Shown here in pieces: positions 25,925-41,253 of a DNA stretch of 64,000 bases (its first letter is position 1; each line of letters begins with the position of its first letter). Under the pieces are notes generated by a model. That model did not search any database and was not told where the DNA came from. It was given only the letters and a program-made list of their open reading frames with translations. This DNA comes from Octopus vulgaris. Lineage: Eukaryota. The stretch is from positions 3,906,001-3,970,000 of the forward strand of contig OX597828.1 in assembly GCA_951406725.2 (NCBI GenBank), given 5' to 3'. The translations under genes and the position numbers were made by a program.

Positions 25925-26391
25925 TATATAAATATATATCAAAAATTCAGTGAACTAAAATTGATGGCAAAATGCCATAGCGAGATGGAACAAAAGGACT
26001 ATGATTCTTAATCATCCTGACAGTCCATCATGCAGAAATGAGAATACAGCCACAAATACGTTCTGTACCTGAGGAAAACAAAGTGTGGCTTCCGTCTCGG
26101 GCCGTAGCGAAAATAGTAATGGTAGCTAAAGAAAGGACAATTACGCAAAGCAAATTGATGCTGAATCAATGTAGAAAAACAAAAATGAAATATGCAACAT
26201 ATTCTATAAGAGGCTTTTCTCCCTTTTCTTCTTTGTTACCTCCTTCTCTCCATCGTGATAAGAGAAAAAACAGAGAAAATAAAAATCTTTTCGCAACCGT
26301 TACTTTCGTTTTAGTTTACAAATTGCATTCGATATGTTGAAGAGTCCAGAACAGGAAAAAAGAATACCATACACAGCTCCTATGATAATAA

Positions 26392-26466
<75 letters not shown>

Positions 26467-27665
26467 GGATCTAGGATGCATCACCCAAAATCTGACATAG
26501 AAAGACTATATATACAACGTATAGAAGGTGGTAGAGGCCTTATACAGCTGGAAAACTACTATAAAATAACCACCATAGGACTGCAAAAATATCTACTTCA
26601 GAAGGAAGGAAAACTGATCCAGATAGCGGCAAAACACGAGCAAAACAAAAAACTGTTCTCAGTATTTAAGGAAGCTGACAAATACAAACAAGAAATCATA
26701 CCACCTAATAAACATGAAGAAGAAGAAGAAGATGAAGAAACAACAAAAGCTATAAAACAAATGAAATCCAAACTAAAAACAGAACAGCAACGAACCATGA
26801 TAAAACGATGGCAAGAAAAGCCCCTTCATGGTAAATACTGCACTAAACTAAACGCAAAAGAAATAGATAAAGAAAAATCCCAGCAATGGTTGAGAAGCTC
26901 AGGACTCAAAGCAGAAACAGAGGGATTTTTAATTGCAGCACAAGACCAAAGCCTCCCCACCAGAAATTACCAAAAACATGTAATGAAAAGAAATATTACA
27001 AGTAACTGCAGAATATGTGGAGATGGACAAGAAACAATAAATCATATTATCTCTAGCTGCCCAGTCCTGGCTAAGAAGGAATATATTCACAGACATGACA
27101 GAGTTGGAACTTACATACATTGGAAGCTATGCCAACATTATGGAATAACAACAGAAAAAAGATGGTATAGGCACACACCAGAAAAGGTCACAGAAAACGA
27201 GAAAGCAACCATACTCTGGGATATGCCGATACACACAGATAGAGAAATTAAGGCCAACAGACCAGATATAGTTGTCAGAGACCATGAAGAAAAAAAATGC
27301 TTTCTAATTGATGTATCAGTACCGGCAGATGACAACGTGTCTCTAAAAGAAATGGAGAAACTCTCAAAATACAAAGACCTGGAAATAGAGGTAACTAGAA
27401 TGTGGAATCTGAAAACAGAAACAATTCCTATCATAGTAGGTGCATTAGGCATGATAAAAAAATATTCAGACAAATACATAACAAAAACACCAGGACTTAC
27501 AAACATATATAACATACAGAAAATTGCACTACTAGGCACTGCACACATCCTACGCAGAACACTTTCCATACAATAACCATCAGAGCATCACAACAAATCA
27601 CAGCACATACCCAAGGCACACAGAGCTGCGCTCGGTAGTGAAGTGAAAGCACGCTATAAAAATAA
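26467..27665 (+). mobile_element. 5'-truncated Dong/R4-clade LINE inserted in (TAA)n
   Basis: Flanked on both sides by TAA repeats; carries an uninterrupted C-terminal ORF. Confidence 0.9.
26476..27576 (+). CDS. Dong/R4 retrotransposon ORF C-terminus (post-RT region, CCHC zinc knuckle, restriction-like endonuclease)
   Basis: GGRGL, CRICGDGQETINHIISSC, RHD, RPDIVV, LIDVSVP, EKLSKYKDL; 366 aa without interruption. Confidence 0.9.
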   Translation: MHHPKSDIERLYIQRIEGGRGLIQLENYYKITTIGLQKYLLQKEGKLIQIAAKHEQNKKLFSVFKEADKYKQEIIPPNKHEEEEEDEETTKAIKQMKSKLKTEQQRTMIKRWQEKPLHGKYCTKLNAKEIDKEKSQQWLRSSGLKAETEGFLIAAQDQSLPTRNYQKHVMKRNITSNCRICGDGQETINHIISSCPVLAKKEYIHRHDRVGTYIHWKLCQHYGITTEKRWYRHTPEKVTENEKATILWDMPIHTDREIKANRPDIVVRDHEEKKCFLIDVSVPADDNVSLKEMEKLSKYKDLEIEVTRMWNLKTETIPIIVGALGMIKKYSDKYITKTPGLTNIYNIQKIALLGTAHILRRTLSIQ

Positions 27666-29225
27666 AAATAATAATAATAAAAAAAAATAATAATAATAAT
27701 AGTAATGATAATAATAATAATCACATGCCATAATCTGTATGCTCTTTTCACTCTTTTAAAATAACATCTTCATTGAAGACAAAAGAGAATGAGATTCTCC
27801 CCTTCAGCAATATCACTATCTGTCTGTACTACACTACATACACTACCCACACGTATATATACTAGCATAAGCATCCGTCCTCTGGACGGTATAAATTACT
27901 TTGGTGGTATATTTTCACCAAATAATTGAACTACCGAGAAGGTTTATGAGTAGCACGGCAATGTATGTTTCCGATTAACCTAGGAACGGAGAATGAAATT
28001 GAAGGCTGGTTATTGTGGAGGTCGTTGCACTTTGATTATCATAAAACATATAAGTTTGCAAGCGATGTAAAGTGTTTTGGGAGCAGATTACAGATAATGA
28101 CTACAAAATATAGTTGTTTTACATGAAAGCGAAATTTCTTGTCAGAAACAGCCACATAAATGGTTTAAGGAAATTGAAGGAAGACGATGAAACTCCCCCC
28201 ACCCCTACGAGTTTATTTTTTTCAACAGCAAAGGAGCTAATTTTTTCGGAGAGATAAGCTAACAAAAGCCCCTTTATTCTGTCTTAACCACAAAGGCTGC
28301 GCATATACTAACAGCGGATGCTACATGAAGTTAAATTGTTATAGAGCTTTCTGAAAGATACGTATAGCTTTCGCTAGTGGAAGCAAAACTCTTATTCAAA
28401 GGTTGATTCTTTGAGACGAATCATAAGTGATTGTTTAAAAAAGGCTTGAATGACAGTGCTAAAACGTATTTGAAACAATGGACAACAGTTGAAATATCAT
28501 AACGAATGGGTAAAGAAGCATCCTTAAAGCAAAACAACACATTGGTAGGTAAACAAATTTATCAGCAAATAGAAGAGAGGGAAGAGAATATCACCTTTCA
28601 AGTAACTCAGAACAGGTAAAGGTGAGCTTGCTAAAGTTTAATGTAGTTTAAATATGAAGATTAAGATTGTTTGGTATTGGATATTCATCGTGTACAGTGT
28701 TCCTAGTGGCTGGTGGGCAGTCGAAATAAACAAATAGACAAAATCCTTTCAGTTTTATAAAAAGATTAAAGATGTATGAAAAGCCCTACATACAAAAAAC
28801 TGTCCATTTACGCGGAGTTCTGGGCAAAATGTTATAGTCCATGACCATCCTTGGGACTGAAGTAATGTGTGTATATTTTGGTGAAAATCGGTTGAGAATT
28901 GTGGAAATCTGTGCGTTCAGTGTTCCTAGTCTATTTAATCACAGCCGTTGGTAGATAGTGAAAATAAATAAATAGACTTAGATTATAAAACAGCTGATTA
29001 ATGCAAATGAATAGGAATCATCTATTGTTGGTTTCCCATCGCTCAAGAAACCCCAATATCGATTTTTAAAAATCTGGGATATGAAGCATCTGTGTATAAA
29101 GTTTTTAAAAAATAGTATGGGAGATGTAGATGTTATTGAGGTACATGATATGTTTGTACACACACACACACAGAGAAAACTTCAATTATATAGATATTAC
29201 ATATATACGCATATACATACATACT

Positions 29226-29276
<51 letters not shown>

Positions 29277-29415
29277 GATATATATATATATATATATATA
29301 TATGTCGAAATTGCGAGGATGATCCGGTTCTTGACTGAAGATTAAAGGCTTCGAATGACCCGTCCGTGTTTTTTGCATCGTCTATTTGGTTGTCTTGCGT
29401 TCTTGTCCCATTTTG

Positions 29416-29476
<61 letters not shown>

Positions 29477-30850
29477 CTAGCACTATGCTAAGAGCTAAAT
29501 TTCTTATCACATTTCAGCCCGGGCCAGTTTTGTTGTTTATAATCTAGTTGGAGCTTTTTATGAGAGTAATTAATATTCACTGGACTTCGGTTTTCACACC
29601 TGGAACAGCATAATCATGGAAAATTAGCGGGACTGTGCACATGCCATTAGTCGGACAAAAAAGGAGGCAGAAGAAAGCGAAAAACTCGAATTTGGCCGCA
29701 AAATAGCAGGATTTTGAAAATATACATAAATTTCGTTTGTTGAGTTTTGGATTCACACCCAACCCAGTTCTGCGCAATCATTGTCGCGACGGGAACGAAT
29801 GGGCTGGGAGTTTGACTGGCAGAGGTGATCAAGTTGCACATGCCAGCCCTTTTGACCCCTCCTCACCTAATCCCCTCGTCCTGTGAGTGAATAGCAATGG
29901 TGGGAAGAAAAGTGCTGATTCCGGCGAAAAGACAGAGCAATTAGAGCACAAAAAACAGCATTCAAAGTGATTTTATGAGTATGACGCATTGAAGCAAGTA
30001 ACACAGTAAGGTCAATAGTTATAAGTTCACGACGCATAGAAGCACGTAAGACGTCAAGGTTAACTAAGGTATAAATAATAGGTATGCCTTTTCGCTGGAA
30101 GGCTAATTGGGTTCCCGATCCACTGAAACGGAGGAGGTTAGGTTCGGAACACAACTAAGCCTTCAACTAAAACCTAGGCTAACCTTACGGAAGGGGGCTC
30201 GGGAGTCTCTAATAGGCAGCTTCTAATCCCGATCTATCACTAACCCATCTTAGGGGTTCTAAATGACATGGCTGTAGAGGAAATTGGCTGCGGAGATGTG
30301 CATGGCGGGTTTGTTTCGGAGGAGGACGACTGCATTGGACTAAGGACCATTGAAGAATGCAGCTTTGGAGATCCTAATTTGTTAATTATTCCCTACATTT
30401 CTAAAATCCAAAAAGCGTGCACGTTTGAAAGCCAAAACACTTGATAACGCGTCATCGCAAAACACAAAAATGCGCTGAGTCTTACAGACTGCCTGCAAAT
30501 GCGCACGCGCATTCAACTGTCAAGCGTAAAATTATCTCCATCCAATCAAACAACAGCTGGCAGTCTATTGGCGTATCTAGTTGTACGCACGCACCTCGTA
30601 CAAAAAAATCTGTTTTAGCGATTTTGAATGGATACGCCCATAACTTATGGGCATAAGGGTTCGGTTTATCGATATTTTTAATGGCTTTCTGGGGTGACTG
30701 GAGAAATGAAAAGATCTTCACGACCACTGTCAGACAGGTTTTAAAGCCCATAGAAAATGCGATCCTTTTACGTGAAAAACTGTAGATTTTTTATAAAGGA
30801 CACACAGACATACATACACACAGATACACATACATTTTGCAACTTATATA
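29477..30850 (-). mobile_element. Non-autonomous Helitron-like element
   Basis: CTAG terminus at 29477-29480 next to (TA)n; other end TATAAGTTGCAAAATGTGTGTGTATCTGTGTGTATG is Helitron 5'-like. Confidence 0.55.
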
Positions 30851-31564
30851 TATATATATATATGTATTCCCTTCCCTGAGTGTCTGCTAATACTTTGCAT
30901 GTATCCCGTCCTCGCATTGTTGTTTCTTTCTTATGTTTGCTCTTGTTTTGGGGATTTACTATATGTGTGTGTGCGTGTGCGTATGTGTGTTTGTGTTCGT
31001 ATGTGTGTTTGTGTGGACATTTATTCTTTGTACTTACTTCAATGGATAGAATGCAGTCAAGCCGATGCACTGATCCCTGGAAACTATTTCAGTCATAGCA
31101 ATTAATCTATAGAGATATTTTTGCTGCAGAGGTAAGTTGTAGCGACTTAAACTCAACATACCCGTTGTCAAGCGGTCATAACCGAACATAACGAGGTTCA
31201 TACATATACATGCAGAAATACATACGTACATATATACATATGCCAAGAGGTATAAATTGGTACAAAAAATCTATATATATATATGAAGTGGTGGAGGTGT
31301 TCGTAGGCGTACATATTTGTGAGTATACGGGTGAATGGCGTAGTGAGTGTAGTTAGTAGAAATATAAAGAGAGGAAAATATCTTAGGTAGTAAGTAAAAA
31401 TGCGGAGAGAAAGCTAATTGACGATCAGGGATTTAAAAGAGGAGAAAAAAATTGTTGGTTTAATACAAAGCGGTAGTGAGGATCAATGAGTGGGAAAATA
31501 CATTTGAGAGTTAGTGGGGAAAAGAGCGGGGTTGGGTTGTAATAATTAGTATTTTGAGAATAGG

Positions 31565-31960
31565 TTTAGTGCCCGATGTTTGCAGATGAATATCAAACTG
31601 CTGAGTTCAATGAGACAGACCGTGGATTGCAAAATAACCATGACGTAGGCTATGCATAGTTCACACTTGTTTCTTTATCCTCTGTAAGGTTTGGCGTGGA
31701 TGACAATAGACCATTTGAGAGTGAAAGGAGTTGAACCAAGCGTTAGTTTGCTGATAAGTTGAGATAACGTTATACTGTTAGATTATGTTTGGGATTTGAA
31801 GCTAGAGTAGTGATTGCTCACGCTAGCTTTGAAGGTGGTGCTACATGAGCCGATGTAAATGTAATTACAGTTGTTAGTTGATACTGTGCACTTATGAACT
31901 ATGTTTTTGGTGAGACAGCCGCTATCTAGAGGAAAGGATCTTGGGTGTTTGAAGCTTCAT
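31565..31960 (-). pseudogene. Penelope-like GIY-YIG endonuclease relic
   Basis: FPLDSGCLTKNIVHKCTVSTNNCNYIYIGSCSTTFKASVSNHYSSF..TLSQLISKL..KWSIV, with stop codons. Confidence 0.8.
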
Positions 31961-32757
31961 AGGTTTGTAGGGGATTTACCGCATGAGATTGTGAGGGGAT
32001 TGTTATATAGTGAGGAATCGGTGTTCGGTTCGTTGGTGCGAAGGTTATTATTTGATAAGTAGTTGAAGGTGGTGGTGTTGGATTGTATGGTAATTATTGT
32101 TGGGTTGTAATTATTGTGTCCGGTGCTATGCTCTGGGATGTTCTCTATCATGACAGGAGGTATATTTGGGTGTTGTGGTACATTTAAGTGTTGAGTGTTA
32201 GCATTGACATTATATTTGTAGTTACGAGGGTTAGTTTTATTAAGGGGATCAATTGATGCTTTGTGTTTATATGTGTGTACCTGAGGGTTATGTTGAATTA
32301 ATTTACTGAGCTGGGAGTTAGCCTTTGGTGGATTTCAGAGTTTCTTGTTTTTAAGATTTCGGATAACTCCGGCAATGGTGGTGGTGGTGGTGGTAGTGGT
32401 GGTGGAGCAGGACAATTTTATAGATTGCGGGTGGTTAAATAGTTTTCTAAGGAGATTAGATTTAGGGAGATGTTTTTCGAGTAGGGCGAAGAAGCGTTTG
32501 GTTACTCGAGTCTGGACGTTAAGAGCAATGGGATGGGGATAGATAACGTCTCGGGTTCTAGTTCATTTAATCCGATTATGGTGCATACGGTTTTGGTTGC
32601 GTGTGTGTTGGTGTCTATTCTGGTGGGTTGTAGTGTATGTAGTATTAGAAGTTATCTGGTGGGGAGTTCGTTTGTTAGATCGTTTTCTACTCCAATATTT
32701 GGGTGAGTAGTGGCGGGGTAGGGTGTTTACGTTTATAATACGGGAGTTTATAATATA

Positions 32758-32990
32758 GGCGGCGAGCTGGCAGAAACGTTAACACGCCGGGCGAAATGCG
32801 TAGCCGTATTTCGTCTGTCGTTACGTTCTGAGTTCAAATTCCGCCGAGGTCGACTTTGCCTTTCATCCTTTCGGGGTCGATAAATTAAGTACCAGTTACG
32901 CACTGGGGTCGATGTAATCAACTTAATCCGTTTGTCTGTCCTTGTTTCTCCCCTCTATGATTAGCCCCTTGTGGGTAGTAAAGAAACATA
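32758..32990 (+). mobile_element. Full-length MetaSINE-type SINE
   Basis: GGCGGCGAGCTGGCAGAAACG..GAGTTCAAATTCC..GCCTTTCATCCTTTCGGGGTCGATAAATTAAGTACC. Confidence 0.85.
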
Positions 32991-33741
32991 TAATATGGGA
33001 GTTGGAAACTGCTTTTAGCTCTGGGTCTAGTTGAGAGAGGAATGTCCTACATGTGTATGTATTCAATTGAGTATTTATATCCGGCACGTTGTAGGGCATA
33101 ATTGTAGTATTCAGCATATTGATCGAATAAATCTTGATTAGTAGACAATGTCCTACCGGATCTCCTCATTTTCTGCTAGTCAAGATTTAATCAATCAGTA
33201 TAGAAAACTCGCGACTACAAACAGCCACTAGCTATGCTTCAATTCCCTTCCCTATCTTGCTTCATTCATACGCACTTTCTTTCTCCCCCGCGACCAAAGT
33301 TATTTCCCCACTTCCTCCCCTCCAATTATACTTCTCTTCAAATGCCAATCCCACTATTAAATTCTGTGATTAAGCTAAACTACTATATTATCTACTACTG
33401 ACCTGCCCAATTCCACTTTCCTCTCACACCCCTAAATTTTATTTTATTTTATTTATTTATGTATTTATTCATGTATTTATTTATCCTCCCCTTCTAATAC
33501 TTATTCCTCCCTACATTTACATACTCTTCACACACTGTGCCCTCCACACATTCTGGGTGAATCCTCTTTGCGCAAACAATCATCTCCTTGCGACAATGTA
33601 GCCTTTAATCTAATCAAAATATCCTTGGACTGAAGAGTAGCCGGCGGTATACACCACACTTGAATTTTACCAGTTCTCCGGTTACGCTCGCTATGAAACA
33701 TATATAGCCCGGGATTTTCCAACTCCATTCCATAAAACTTA

Positions 33742-33847
<106 letters not shown>

Positions 33848-33931
33848 GCTAGCTAGCTAGCCATCTGTCTGTCTGCCTGTCTATCTATATGTCTGTATGT
33901 CCCTCGCGCTCTCTCTCGCTCTCTCTATATC

Positions 33932-34007
<76 letters not shown>

Positions 34008-34013
34008 TATGTA

Positions 34014-34082
<69 letters not shown>

Positions 34083-34100
34083 AGATATGTATATATGTAT

Positions 34101-34152
<52 letters not shown>

Positions 34153-34169
34153 AGATATGTATATATGTA

Positions 34170-34238
<69 letters not shown>

Positions 34239-34493
34239 AGATATCCCCCATTCTGTCTACCTCAGGTTACAAGAGTTCGCGCAAATAGAATTGTTAAGTA
34301 CGTTCATTAACCTCCGGATATCGTCTGTAATTTCGCTTTTACGGAAACTCCGACAAATTCTCTCTCAAGGAGTGGATTAATCGTAATAAATGAAGAACTT
34401 AACTTCTATGGCATTTGGTAGGCCTGTACATGTTGATGTTGTTCATATGAAAGCCATTCGCTATGCTGTGTCATTTTTCTTGGCTAATTATTG

Positions 34494-34526
<33 letters not shown>

Positions 34527-37512
34527 AATTTTCTTGTCTAAAATTCCTACGATGTTATCGATAAGTGTCTATTTAAGGGTTTAGTATTTCCTGCCGTATA
34601 GCTACAATTCAAATGCGTATACTCTTCATTCACTAAACAGTACTTACCTCAGTCTTCAAATTTTAAACTGCATAAAATGAAGTATTGCTCTTTCTTTTAT
34701 TTTGTGGGGATAACTAAAGGAATTGTAAAATCTAAAATTACAGCGGTGGTCTATGAAATTAACTGCAAAAGATGTCACGATATCATCCAACAAATTGTAC
34801 AGGTGTACATTAAACATCTAAATGAAAAGAGACTTCCTCAATGCGATGAAATGTGAGTCCTATCTACTCGATGATACCGACATCACAGAGGAAAACAAGA
34901 TCGACTTCAGAATTTGTAAATGTCTCCAATGAACAAAGCACTGAATTTGATTTCCCAATATGATGGAAAGTGCAAGATTTAGAAAAATCAAATTGCTAGT
35001 CATATTTCGCAATTATTGATTAAAATGTAAAAAAAACCTCCAATCACATCAATATTTCTTCAGACGATGCCCAAAATACGTTGGGAAATGATATCCCCCT
35101 GTGCAGTAGACACCTATGTAAAGATATCTCCAATAACTACGAGAAAACCAACTCTGGCAATTCCATAACATTGAAATGGATGGAAAGGAAATATAGCTAC
35201 GAAACGAAACACGGTCGGCTTAGTAGGATATACGCTTGTGTAGTATATTTGTGCAAATGTCTTCACATGTATATGTGTGTGTGTAAGAGAGAGAGAGAGA
35301 GTGTGTGTGTGTGTGTGTGTATGCGTGCGTATATGTTTGTGTGATAATATATTTGCTTGTATGTGTTTGTAGCGGGTGTTGTGTGAGTGTATGAATGCGC
35401 GCGCGCGTATGTGTGTGTGTGTGTGTGTGTAAATGTATGAATAGATTTGTGTTCCAGAATGGAGTGTTTGTATGTCTATGTACATTTGCCTGTCTATGAG
35501 GGATGGGAAAGCACACAAGGAAATGGCTTATTATGATGGACAGGAATTATCTCCTAGCACAAATGATAAAACATTAGTGATAATAACAATGTGTGATATT
35601 ACATTTTGTGAAGATCAAACGTTTCCATTGTTATTCGTTGTTGAATTCCACGACATTATGGTAATTATTTAACTTTCAAAATAAAAATATCATTATGATT
35701 TATGTAGGCTGTCGAAAGTATACATCACAGTTGTGATTCTGTTCAAATATGTGTTAAGGTTTGCGTTATCAATAGAAGTCTTTCACGAATTTAAAACTGA
35801 CGTCAGCCTTTTGTTAGGCATTGTAGATGTTTAACATAATCTATTCAATTTTCACTCTTATGATTCCAATGAAATTCTAAGGCAATCATCCTTTTTATAC
35901 AAGTGAGAAGAATCGGGGTAAAAAAACTTGAAATGTAGAGCATGACCACCAGCTCGTATAATATTCTATGTGAGATACTACTCTCTTGAATCTAAGGAAT
36001 GATGTATCTATTACATTAGAACTGATTGTGAGCCTAACACCACCTACAAGCAATTTAACTACGTGAAGGAGTTTCAGGCAATGGAAAAATTATCTGAATG
36101 TGCATTTGAAGAGAAGTTGAAGGTTTAAAACATGAAAGATAATGACAGTAGAAGTGAAATGTGAAATGGTTTGACATCGTTAGTTGTGTTTTAACAAGTC
36201 TAACGATTCAGAGCAGAACGATTTCTCACAATAGTAGAAGGCGTACAAATAGAGGCAGCAGTTACAACTCGAAGTGATAATATTATGTTAAGAATAAAGT
36301 TTATCATTCACTTGGATGGTGTTACTTTAAAATGTTCTTTACAGCAGTTTTGAAGTTATCAGTTTCTTCAGCTCAGATATATAAGAAACAGATTACTGTG
36401 ACGCATAATCGTACCACAGGGAGGGTTGTAGCAGCTGCTCACATCTAATATGACGTGTGAGTTCGCGGGTGAGTTTTTGTGTTCCTATATTTGTAAATAG
36501 CATATCGAACTTTTTAGACATGCAACCTTGCTTGGATTATTTCAACTTCTGTTTTATACGTCATATTAATGAATACTAAGATCTATAGTGGAAGCCATTT
36601 ATGGATTCATTTTTTACCAGTAGGAAATTGCAATAGGTTAAAGCGGAAATTGAAAATAGATGATAGAATCAAACAACCTAGTATACTATAGATCTATGGT
36701 TTTCTAGAATATTCAGTGGTGTAAATGATGTGAACTACGCAAAATTCAGAACAAATATCTATTCGCAGATTCGGTTCTCTTAGAAATAATTTCCCGCAAA
36801 ATGACACACTTTATTATGAGTTACTTTAATGAAACATTAAAACTTTTTGACGTAGAAGAATTGTTTATTTTTATTTTTTTCGCGAAAAACCTTGTTATTT
36901 TTAATGTGTCCGATATTTCAGACGTATCTATTCAGAAGATAATATTTTAAATGATGAATACATGTACTTTAGAATAAAGGATACAGTCAATAACATCTTT
37001 TATACAGTTAGAAATTTATCAGATATTAAAACATTCCGATACCATTTTAATCTAATACTTTCATTTAATTGCTTTCAACTTTATAAATGTACACACTCAG
37101 TAATTTCTTAATCGATAGTCTGGTGAGTTAGAACATAGTTATTCAATCAGTCGTGACTTCTGTTTCAATCTGAAGAATGAACTGCATCAGTGATTACAAT
37201 CGCATCATAAAATGTTGTAGCACTCTACTGAAGCACTCAAGTGCTACTATCACACAGCTTCACATTTTTATAGGATAACTTTTCATAAATGAAATAGCCA
37301 CCAGCGAATTGTAGTTATATTCTTGCTTCGATTTTATACGAAATATTCATACAAAAAATATTAGTGCATTAGTATTTAATAGTTATTATTAGTAGTGCGC
37401 TTATATAGTTAGAATAAAAATTATCACAATAAATCATTGAAAAACATCATGAGTTATCCTATAATAATCCATGATGTTCGTTGACATATATCAATAAAAC
37501 CTAATTAAAAAA

Positions 37513-37816
37513 GAGCAGTTGTATACTGTCAACGTAACGTGACAGTCCCATAAAGGGAATCACACCACCGCTATTTAGTCCTAGGAAGCATCAACGCTTC
37601 CTGTCGGCCTTGACACATTTTCTGTGTCCTTATGTTTACAAGGGGGAGCCAAGCACGAATCATCAACGCTTTCTGATGGCCTTGACACATTTTCTGTGTA
37701 CTTATGTTTACAAGGGGGTGCCAAGCACCCCGGATGGGTTGCTTCCTAGGGCTAATAGCGGTGGTGTGATTCCTTTTATGGGACTCTCAAGGTAAGTTGA
37801 CAGTATACAACTGCTC
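37513..37816. mobile_element. MITE with ~77 bp TIRs and an internal ~70 bp tandem duplication
   Basis: GAGCAGTTGTATACTGTCAAC..CTAGGAAGCA / TGCTTCCTAGG..GTTGACAGTATACAACTGCTC-TA; TCAACGCTT..CCTTGACACATTTTCTGTGT..GCCAAGCAC twice. Confidence 0.85.
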
Positions 37817-38517
37817 TATCCTACCACCACTGCTTATATCTCTCTGAGATATTTAGAAATGTAATATTTCTAATTCCTAATTAAATAATATTTCAATAAA
37901 TTAAATTTTCTCCGCTTACCAAAAGCAATGTGCTGACGCTCACATTACTATTTAGTTTTCATGCAGCTGGTGTACATACGTATTTTCTGTTAGTCACTCA
38001 AGTTACACTCGCGGACTTGCTAAATAACCATGTCCCTCGACTTTTCAATATACAAGAAGTTTGGATAGACCACATTGACGTTTTTTAATGATAATGAAAA
38101 TATGTGGGAGGGGAATATAATACCCATAATTATATAGGGCTCCTTAAAAGAGATCTAATGATCCTACATTAATTATATGTTCTTTAAAATAAAATATGTA
38201 GCAGAATCACTGATTCAGTCATTAGAAACTTATATTTCGCTTATCACAGAACCGAGAAACTTTTGAAAATGATTTTGCCATTTATACTTCACCAAGAGGC
38301 ATTTTTGCTTCAAACCATATTTTAAAGATTTCGTTGCTGCATAATAATAATATTAATGAATTTGTTTTAGAATTAATTGTGAAGACATATTATGTCTTTC
38401 AGGTACACAAAATTAAAAATTAATAAATATAATTTACTGCAAATTATCAATGGTGACTTGATGTTTTGTGTTTCCTAATACAGAGCTTTTAACGTAATAT
38501 CTAAACAACTTATTATT

Positions 38518-38776
38518 CTAAATCTGAAAGCTCTGCAAGAATGTCACAATACTCATAATTCTCTTCATTTACATTTTGAGGTTTTCTAAGAAGTACCTGT
38601 TAGTAAATATCATACAATGAATTTATCAAAAAGGATAAAATACAACCATAAATATGTTAAAAATATAAAATATCTAAGCATACAAAAATCTTTTCTAAAA
38701 ATAATGCGAGATTCTATAGTTCAACCAAGAATTATCAAAGTCGAGAGCTTTTACAAATCCTTCTACTCAATAAACT
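38518..38776 (+). repeat. Direct duplicate of 40858-41116
   Basis: CTAAATCTGAAAGCTCTGC..TTCTACTCAAT is shared over ~260 bp. Confidence 0.9.
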
Positions 38777-39065
38777 TGTTTAACATTTAGAATATGTTCT
38801 ATTTCGTCTGAACTTTTAAAACGTGTTTTTGCTTAAGTACATACAATAAATTTTCATTTTTTATTGCGCAACCTAAAATCAATCTTTATATTTCTTGAGA
38901 ATTCATTTTATGAATAACTAAACAATGCACACAGTCTTTGTTTTAATAGAAAATAGGAATTATAACAGGCATGATATAAATGCTTTGAAAAACTAAGGTT
39001 TAAATATTAAGTTTGAACAAGTTATAGTGTCATTTCTCCGTTTCTCTCCTCATTCCCTTTCTATA

Positions 39066-40324
<1,259 letters not shown>

Positions 40325-40345
40325 TATATATATATATATATATAT

Positions 40346-40405
40346 AATAAGCAACAAGGATATCTAGAGGTAATGCATTACCTCTGGATATCTTTGTTAC
40401 TTATT
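40346..40405. repeat. 60-bp near-perfect palindrome
   Basis: AATAAGCAACAAGGATATCTAGAGGTAATG|CATTACCTCTGGATATCTTTGTTACTTATT; 3 transition mismatches. Confidence 0.9.
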
Positions 40406-40490
40406 TTGATTTTAATCAGCTTAATTTGAAATCGTATGAATAATACCGTACTAAATTCTGGTGCTTCAACTTAACTACCATATTCCTCTG

Positions 40491-40580
<90 letters not shown>

Positions 40581-41192
40581 GTCTATGTTTTGCAAGGATC
40601 AAGCTTCTTGATGTGAAATCATGTGTTGAAACCGAACGTTGCTGTACATGAGGGTGGCCATAATATATACACGCATTATATACTTCAGCTATATTTTTAT
40701 TAATGTTAATAAAGCGAAAGTGAAGACTAAATATATAATGTGTGTGCCTAATTGCCAATATGACATATCCCCAAATATAAATACATAAATATATGTGTGT
40801 GTGTGTGTGCGCGCGTTGTGTTATGTGGGTATGTGTGTGTATGTATGTATCCATCTATCTAAATCTGAAAGCTCTGCTAGAATGTCACAATACTCATAAT
40901 TCTCTTCATTTACATTTTGAGGTTTTCCTAGAAGTACCTGTTAGTACATATCATACAATGAATTCATCAAAAAGGCTGAAATACAACCATAAATAATTTA
41001 AGAATATAAAATATCTAAGCATACAAAAATCTTTTATAATAATATTGCGAGATTCCATAGTTCAACAAAGAATTACCAAAGTCGAGAGATTTTACAAATT
41101 CTTCTACTCAATGAACATCTTCCTGCCTGCCTGTCTGTCTGCCTGTCTATCTATCCATCTCTCTCTCTCTCTCTCTCTATCTATATATCTAT

Positions 41193-41253
<61 letters not shown>

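Noticed and set aside
29330-29365. CTGAAGA..CGAAT possible hammerhead
   Set aside because: No GAAA, and stems I and III cannot be paired.
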